Assembly (NCBI GenBank): GCA_004299665.1
Contig: SCQZ01000389.1
Location: 1 to 33,050 of the forward strand
Length of the DNA stretch: 33,050 nucleotides
Direction of reading: 5' to 3'
Source of the DNA: Jatrophihabitans sp.
GTDB lineage: Bacteria; Actinomycetota; Actinomycetes; Mycobacteriales; Jatrophihabitantaceae
Shown in pieces: positions 28,177-33,050 of the stretch (position 1 is the stretch's first letter; every line of letters starts with the position of its first letter). The notes beneath the pieces are model-generated. The model was given only the letters and a program-made list of their open reading frames with translations. It was not told where the DNA came from and did no database searches. The position numbers and the translations under genes were made by a program.

Positions 28177-29952
28177 ATGGCACGCGAGTTCGCGAAGGTC
28201 GGCGTGGTGGGGCTCGGCACCATGGGTGCGGGCATCGTCGAGGTGTTCGCCCGCAACGGCCTGGGCGTCGTGGGCGTCGACATCAGCGACGAGGCCGTCG
28301 CACACGGCCGCGGCATCATCGAGCACTCCACCGCCCGCGCCGTGGCGCGGGGCAAGCTCAGCGAGTCCGAGCAGCGTGACCTGCACGATCGCGTCAGCTA
28401 CGCCACCGACCTGGCCGCGCTCTCCGACGCGGACCTCGTCGTCGAGGCCGTCCCGGAGCACCTCGACCTCAAGCGTGCGATCTTCACCGACCTGGACAAG
28501 GTCTGCAAGCCCGAGGCGATCCTGGCCACCAACACCTCGTCGCTGTCGGTGACCGAGATCGCCGTCGCCACCGGCAGGCCCGGCAAGGTGGTCGGGATGC
28601 ACTTCTTCAACCCCGCACCGGTGATGAAGCTCGTCGAGGTCGTGCGCAGTGTCGTGACCGAGCAGGAGGTCATCGACGACCTCGAGGTGTTCGCCCAGAA
28701 GCTCGGCAAGGTGGACGTCACGATCGGCGACCGCGCCGGGTTCATCGCCAACGCGCTGCTGTTCGGGTACCTGAACCACGCGGTGTCGCTGTACGAGTCG
28801 CGCTACGCCAGTCGCGAGGACATCGACGCCGCGATGCGCCTCGGCTGCGGCCTGCCCATGGGCCCCCTCGCGCTGCTCGACCTGATCGGTCTGGACACCG
28901 CCTACGAGATCCTGGACTCGATGTACAAGCAGGGCCGGGACCGCCTGCACGCCCCGCAACCGATCTTCAAGCAGATGGTCACCGCCGGGTTGCTCGGGCG
29001 CAAGAGCGGGCGCGGGTTCTACCGCTACGACGCGCCCGGCTCGCCCACCGTCGTCGCGGATGAACACACCCCGGCCGCCGACGGCGCCCCGGCCGGTGCG
29101 CGCGCGGTGTCGCGGGTCGGCGTCGTCGGCTCGGGCACGATGGCGACCGGCATCGTCGAGGTCTTCGCGAAGGCGGGCTTCGAGGTCACGTTCGTGGCGC
29201 GCAGCGAGGACAAGGTGGCCAAGGTCGTCGCCGCGATCACCCGCTCGCTCGACAAGGCCGTCCAGCGCGGCAAGCTCGCCGAGGCGGACCGGGAGGCCGC
29301 ACTCGGGCGCGTCACGGGCTCGACGCGCCTCGACGACCTGGCGGGCGCCCAGTTGGTGGTCGAGGCGGTCGTGGAGGACCTGGCGGTCAAGCAGACGCTC
29401 TTCTCCAACCTCGACGACATCTGCGCCCCGGGAACCGTGCTCGCCACGACGACCTCGAGCCTGCCGGTGATCGAGTGCGCCGCCGCCACGTCACGCCCGG
29501 CGGACGTCGTCGGCATGCACTTCTTCAACCCGGCCGCGGTCATGAAGCTGGTCGAGGTCGTCAGCACCGTCTCCACCGCCGCCGAGGCGGAGGCGACCGT
29601 GCTGGACGTGACGCGGCGGATCGGCAAGCACGCGGTGCGCTGCGGGGACCGCGCCGGGTTCATCGTCAACGCCCTGCTGTTCCCGTACCTGAACGACGCC
29701 GTCAAGATGCTCGAGGCGCACTACGCGACCGCCGACGACATCGACGCGGCGATGAAGGTCGGGTGCGGTTACCCGATGGGGCCGTTCGAACTGCTGGACG
29801 TGGTCGGCAACGACGTGTCGCTCGCGATCCAGCGCGAGCTGTACCTGGAGTTCCGTGAGCGCGGCTTCGCGCCCGCGCCGCTGCTCGAGCACCTGGTGAC
29901 GGCCGGGCGGCTGGGCCGCAAGACCGGCAAGGGGTTCCGCGACTACAGCTGA
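28177..29952 (+). CDS. Tandem-duplicated 3-hydroxyacyl-CoA / 3-hydroxybutyryl-CoA dehydrogenase (two complete HADH modules in one 591-aa chain)
   Basis: AGGAGG precedes ATG 28177. Module 1 has VGVVGLGTMGAGIVEVFA, NTSSLS, GMHFFNPAPVMKLVEVV and DRAGFIANALL. Module 2 has VGVVGSGTMATGIVEVFA, TTSSLP, GMHFFNPAAVMKLVEVV and DRAGFIVNALL. An Ala/Pro-rich linker joins them. Confidence 0.9.
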   Translation: MAREFAKVGVVGLGTMGAGIVEVFARNGLGVVGVDISDEAVAHGRGIIEHSTARAVARGKLSESEQRDLHDRVSYATDLAALSDADLVVEAVPEHLDLKRAIFTDLDKVCKPEAILATNTSSLSVTEIAVATGRPGKVVGMHFFNPAPVMKLVEVVRSVVTEQEVIDDLEVFAQKLGKVDVTIGDRAGFIANALLFGYLNHAVSLYESRYASREDIDAAMRLGCGLPMGPLALLDLIGLDTAYEILDSMYKQGRDRLHAPQPIFKQMVTAGLLGRKSGRGFYRYDAPGSPTVVADEHTPAADGAPAGARAVSRVGVVGSGTMATGIVEVFAKAGFEVTFVARSEDKVAKVVAAITRSLDKAVQRGKLAEADREAALGRVTGSTRLDDLAGAQLVVEAVVEDLAVKQTLFSNLDDICAPGTVLATTTSSLPVIECAAATSRPADVVGMHFFNPAAVMKLVEVVSTVSTAAEAEATVLDVTRRIGKHAVRCGDRAGFIVNALLFPYLNDAVKMLEAHYATADDIDAAMKVGCGYPMGPFELLDVVGNDVSLAIQRELYLEFRERGFAPAPLLEHLVTAGRLGRKTGKGFRDYS

Positions 29953-29956
29953 GGGC

Positions 29957-30853
29957 CTACGGCGCCTCGGGGGGCTGCGCCAGCGGAATCTCCAGCTCGG
30001 CGCCGATCTTGCCGTGCAGCGCACGCAACTCGGCGTGCACGAGGTCCCGGTGCTCGTGCAGGCGCTGCACCTCCAGGCGCGCGTCCGCGACCAGCCGGCG
30101 CGCCTGCTCCTCGGCCTTCGCCCGCTCCTCGGCCAGCTCGGCGCTCTGATCGGTACGGCGCTGGCGCAGCACGATCTCGAAGTCGTCCTCGGCCTCCTTG
30201 CGCGCGGTGGCCGACTGCGCGTCGGCCCGCTCGCGCTCGGTGCGGGCCTGCTCGTCCAGACGGTGCCGCTCGATCTCGGCCTCGCGGGTGAGCCGCTCCT
30301 CCTCGCCGCGGGTCTGCGTCACGCTCTCGATCAGGTCCGCCTCGACCCTGGTGCGGTACTGGTCGGCCTCGGCGATACGGCGCCGGAAGGTCTCGTCGGA
30401 CTCCGCGAGCCTGGCGGTCGCCTCGGCCACGATCCGCTCGGCGTCGGCCCGCGCCGCCGCGGTGGTGCGGGCGGCGGCATCCGAGGCGCCGTTGCGGACC
30501 CGCTCGGCATCGGCGGTCGCCTCGTTGCGGACCCGGGTCGCCTCGCTCTGTGCGGCCTCGAGGATCTCCCGCACCCGGTCCTCGACGTTGTCGAAGGTGA
30601 GGGTCTCGGTGGCCGCCCGCAGCTGTCGGCGCAGGGACTCGATGTGCGCCTGGGCGCTGGCCAGCTGGGCGGCGAGGTCGGCGGACCGGGCCTGGGCCGC
30701 GTCCCGCTCGACAGCCGCCGCGGTGAGGTCGTCCTCGACCTGCCCGAGGTAGCTGTCCACCTGTCCACGGTCGTAGCCGCGCAGTGCCTGGGCGAATCCG
30801 CGGTACCCGTCGGTGAGCATCGGCAGGACGTCGTGGTCGGAGTCGCTACTCAT
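29957..30853 (-). CDS. DivIVA-domain coiled-coil protein
   Basis: The N-terminal F.QALRGYDRGQVDSYL motif is the DivIVA-domain signature. The rest is a long A/E/R-rich coiled coil. Start is ATG 30853 (leaderless model); GTG 30889 is an alternative start. Confidence 0.7.
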   Translation of the reverse strand: MSSDSDHDVLPMLTDGYRGFAQALRGYDRGQVDSYLGQVEDDLTAAAVERDAAQARSADLAAQLASAQAHIESLRRQLRAATETLTFDNVEDRVREILEAAQSEATRVRNEATADAERVRNGASDAAARTTAAARADAERIVAEATARLAESDETFRRRIAEADQYRTRVEADLIESVTQTRGEEERLTREAEIERHRLDEQARTERERADAQSATARKEAEDDFEIVLRQRRTDQSAELAEERAKAEEQARRLVADARLEVQRLHEHRDLVHAELRALHGKIGAELEIPLAQPPEAP

Positions 30854-30860
30854 GGACTCG

Positions 30861-30889
30861 ATTGTCACACTTGCGACCAAACGGGTCAC
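30861..30889 (-). promoter_or_regulatory. Candidate promoter for the DivIVA-domain gene: GTGACC (30889-30884), 17 nt, TGtGACAAT (hexamer 30866-30861), 7 nt, ATG
   Basis: Read on the minus strand. There is no SD between the hexamer and ATG 30853. Inferred only. Confidence 0.3.
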
Positions 30890-30916
30890 GGCCGTACCGG
30901 TTGGCGACCTGCCCGA

Positions 30917-32257
30917 TCACCTGCCGCGGAAGCGGTTGATCGCGTCCAGGTGTCGGGCCCGGAGCGGGGCGTCGCGCACGCCCAGCCCCTCCTCGGGCGC
31001 GAGGCACAGCACGCCGACCTTGCCCTGGTGCAGGTTGCGGGACACGTCGTAGGTCGCCTGCCCGGTCTCGGCGAGCGGGTACACCCGCGAGAGGGTCGGC
31101 GCGATCGCGCCCTTGGCGATGAGCCGGTTCGCCTCCCACGACTCCTTGTAGTTGGCGAAGTGCGAGCCGACGATGCGCTTGAGCGTCATCCACAGGTAGC
31201 GGTTGTCGTACTCGTGCATGAAGCCCGACGTGGAGGCGCAGGTGGCGATGGTGCCGCCGCGCTTGGTGACGTACACCGACGCCCCGAACGTCTCGCGCCC
31301 CGGGTGCTCGAAGACGATGTCGACGTCGTCCCCGCCGGTGAGCTCGCGGATCTTCGTGCCGAGCCGCTTCCACTCGCCCGGCTGCTGCTCGCCGTCCTTC
31401 CAGAACCGGTACCCCTCCGCCTTGCGGTCGATGACGAACTCGGCCCCCATGTCGTGGCACAGCTGGGCCTTGTCGGGCGAGGAGACCACACAGATCGGGG
31501 TCGCCCCACCGTTGAGCGCGTACTGGGTGGCGTAGGAGCCCAGGCCGCCGGTGGCCCCCCAGATCAGCACGACGTCGCCCTGTTTCATACCCGCGCCGTG
31601 ATGGCTGACCAGCTGGCGGTAGGCGGTGCAGTTCACCAGCCCCGGGCAGGCGGCCTCCTCCCAGGTCAGGTGCAGCGGCCGCGGCATCAACTGGTTGGCC
31701 TTCACGAGGGCGAGTTCGGCCAGCCCGCCGAAGTTGGTCTCGAAGCCCCAGATCCGCTGCTGCGGGTCCATCATCGTGTCGTCGTGGCCCTGCGCGTCCT
31801 CCAGTTCGACCGACAGGCAGTGCGCGACGACCTCGTCGCCCGGCGCCCACTTGGTCACGCCCGGACCGACACGCAGCACGACGCCGGCGAGGTCCGAGCC
31901 CACGACGTGGTACGGGCGGTCGTGCTTGCGTGCCAGCGGGGAGGACCTGCCGTACCGCTCCAGGAAGCCGAAGGTCGACAACGGCTCGAAGATCGAGGTC
32001 CAGACGGTGTTGTAGTTGATGGCGCTCGCCATCACCGCGACGATGGCCTCGCCCGGCCCCAGTTCGGGGGTGTCGACCTCCTGCAGCCGCAGGCTCTTGC
32101 GGGGGTCCTTGTCGCGGGTCTGCAGGCCGTCGAACATGCCGACGTCCTCCTTGCGTACGACCATGCCCTCGTACGTGTCCGGAACCGGCAGGTCGGCCAC
32201 CGCCGACAGGTTGTCCGAGACGATCGCGCTGCGGATCTCGTCCATGTGTTGCGACAT
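30917..32257 (-). CDS. ccr: Crotonyl-CoA carboxylase/reductase
   Basis: Matches Streptomyces Ccr along its length from memory (…LQTRDKDPRKSLRLQEV..PELGPGEA.VAVMAS..NYN.VWTSIFEPLSTFGFLERYGR…GKVGVLCLAPEEGLGV…INRFR). ATG 32257 has GGAGG 7 nt upstream. The ORF-track extension to 32296 is rejected. Confidence 0.93.
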   Translation of the reverse strand: MSQHMDEIRSAIVSDNLSAVADLPVPDTYEGMVVRKEDVGMFDGLQTRDKDPRKSLRLQEVDTPELGPGEAIVAVMASAINYNTVWTSIFEPLSTFGFLERYGRSSPLARKHDRPYHVVGSDLAGVVLRVGPGVTKWAPGDEVVAHCLSVELEDAQGHDDTMMDPQQRIWGFETNFGGLAELALVKANQLMPRPLHLTWEEAACPGLVNCTAYRQLVSHHGAGMKQGDVVLIWGATGGLGSYATQYALNGGATPICVVSSPDKAQLCHDMGAEFVIDRKAEGYRFWKDGEQQPGEWKRLGTKIRELTGGDDVDIVFEHPGRETFGASVYVTKRGGTIATCASTSGFMHEYDNRYLWMTLKRIVGSHFANYKESWEANRLIAKGAIAPTLSRVYPLAETGQATYDVSRNLHQGKVGVLCLAPEEGLGVRDAPLRARHLDAINRFRGR

Positions 32258-32296
32258 CGGCTGGCCTCCACGGGCGGTCGGCGGGCAGGGTCTCAC

Positions 32297-32318
32297 ATGT
32301 TACTGGTCGGTAACCAGG
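32297..32318 (-). promoter_or_regulatory. Lower-GC patch with overlapping palindromes and a TAACAT -10-like hexamer upstream of ccr
   Basis: The minus strand reads CCTGGTTACCGACCAGTAACATGTGAG. It contains CTGGT-taccg-ACCAG and GTTAC-N6-GTAAC inverted repeats. TAACAT (32302-32297) lies about 40 nt before the ccr ATG. Function is inferred. Confidence 0.25.
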
Positions 32319-32324
32319 GTGTCC

Positions 32325-32756
32325 TCAGTGGCCTGCGGCGGGCTCGACGAGTTCGACCAGCACGCCACCGGCGTCCTTGGGGTGGATGAAGTTGACGCGG
32401 CTGTCCGCGGTACCGCGCCGCGGGGCCTCGTACAGCAGCCGGACCCCCTTGGCCCGCAGCGCGTCGCAGACCTGGTCGATGTCGGTGACGGTGTAGGCGA
32501 GCTGCTGGATGCCCGGGCCGTTGCGGCCCAGGAACTTGGCGATCGTGGAGGTCTCGGACAGCGGCGCGAGCAGCTGGATGCGCGTGGCCCCGTCGCCGAC
32601 GGCGAGCATCGCCTCGCGCACGCCCTGCTCCTCGTTCGTCTCCTCGTGGACGCTGACGATGCCGAAGGTGTCGCGGTAGAACGCGATCGCGGCGTCCAGG
32701 TCGGGGACCGCGATCCCGACGTGGTCGATCTTCGTGAACAGGCTGGAGTCGGGCAT
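32325..32756 (-). CDS. mce: Methylmalonyl-CoA / ethylmalonyl-CoA epimerase (VOC fold)
   Basis: IDHVGIAVPDLDAAIAFY...G.REAML..G...IQLL.PL...S.IAKFL...GPG.QQLAY.V.DID......A.G.RLLY..PR.G...SR.NFIHPKD.GGVL.ELVE is the canonical epimerase pattern. GAGGA lies upstream. The Rv1322A equivalent, next to a thiolase. Confidence 0.9.
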   Translation of the reverse strand: MPDSSLFTKIDHVGIAVPDLDAAIAFYRDTFGIVSVHEETNEEQGVREAMLAVGDGATRIQLLAPLSETSTIAKFLGRNGPGIQQLAYTVTDIDQVCDALRAKGVRLLYEAPRRGTADSRVNFIHPKDAGGVLVELVEPAAGH

Positions 32757-32910
32757 CTGCCCATCCTCGCCGCCGGACCGGGCGCAGCGCGAGCGGGGCC
32801 GGTCGCGGCGTGCCCAGCTTCACATCGGGCCATTCCGGGCCGCTGGCTAGAGTTGGCCCCAGCAGGCCGGCATCGCGCGGGCTGCGCAGAGCTGTGTCGA
32901 GGAGGAACTC

Positions 32911-33050
32911 ATGACTGGATCGGTCATCGTCAGCGGTGCACGGACGCCGATGGGCCGCTTGCTCGGTTCGCTGAAGGGCTTCTCCGGCGCGGACCTCGGC
33001 GGCTTCGCCATCAAGGCCGCCCTGGAACGCGCGGGCGCGACGCCCGCGCG
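32911..33050 (+). CDS. Acetyl-CoA acetyltransferase (thiolase), N-terminal fragment running off the right edge
   Basis: GGAGGA precedes ATG 32911. [42 protein letters not shown] is a typical thiolase N-terminus. Position is that of the fadA4 (Rv1323) equivalent, divergent from mce. Confidence 0.8.
   Translation, partial: MTGSVIVSGARTPMGRLLGSLKGFSGADLGGFAIKAALERAGATPA

Noticed and set aside
25277-32389. Long opposite-strand ORFs 25277-27394 (-), 27973-29067 (-) and 30014-32389 (+) shadowing meaA, the HADH gene, the DivIVA-like gene and ccr
   Set aside because: Each overlaps a gene with strong, full-length family resemblance on the other strand. The translations are low-complexity. No independent start signals are present.

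Overview
This is a very GC-rich, densely coding chromosomal segment that looks actinobacterial. From memory, its backbone follows the Mycobacterium tuberculosis Rv1295-Rv1323 gene order: thrC(3' end)-thrB-rho, rpmE-prfA-prmC-tsaC-wecA, and a complete F1Fo ATP synthase operon (atpZ/atpI-like, atpI, atpBEFHAGDC) followed by a DUF2550 gene. After that come PduO-type cobalamin adenosyltransferase (minus strand), murA, nucS, methylmalonyl/ethylmalonyl-CoA epimerase and a thiolase.

Four blocks absent from that remembered backbone interrupt it:
- A 4-gene carbohydrate ABC importer between rho and rpmE.
- VOC, HTH-PASTA and gluconokinase genes after the atp operon.
- A phosphatidylcholine-synthase-like gene plus meaA/ecm after murA.
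- A double 3-hydroxyacyl-CoA dehydrogenase, a DivIVA-domain protein and ccr between nucS and the epimerase.

I see no tRNA/rRNA genes, CRISPR array, transposase, integrase or recognisable defence or toxin system. This window is mostly core metabolism, and I cannot point to a clear novel multi-gene system.

The structure least explained by the gene calls is a near-perfect 80-bp tandem duplication that fills the atpA-atpG spacer. It can be read as two stop/start-chained mini-ORFs that link atpA to atpG. Secondary leads:
- A predicted cytoplasmic HTH+PASTA protein with a palindrome over its putative -10.
- An ABC permease with a roughly 165-aa extracytoplasmic insert containing an SdrD-B/Cna-B-like fold.
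- A rho leader ORF that overlaps the rho start.
- An SD-equipped uORF in frame with the first atp-operon gene.
- A Q/G/N 15-bp repeat in the Rho insertion domain.
- A 24-bp perfect hairpin after meaA.

All family assignments come from motif recognition by eye. No database search was run.
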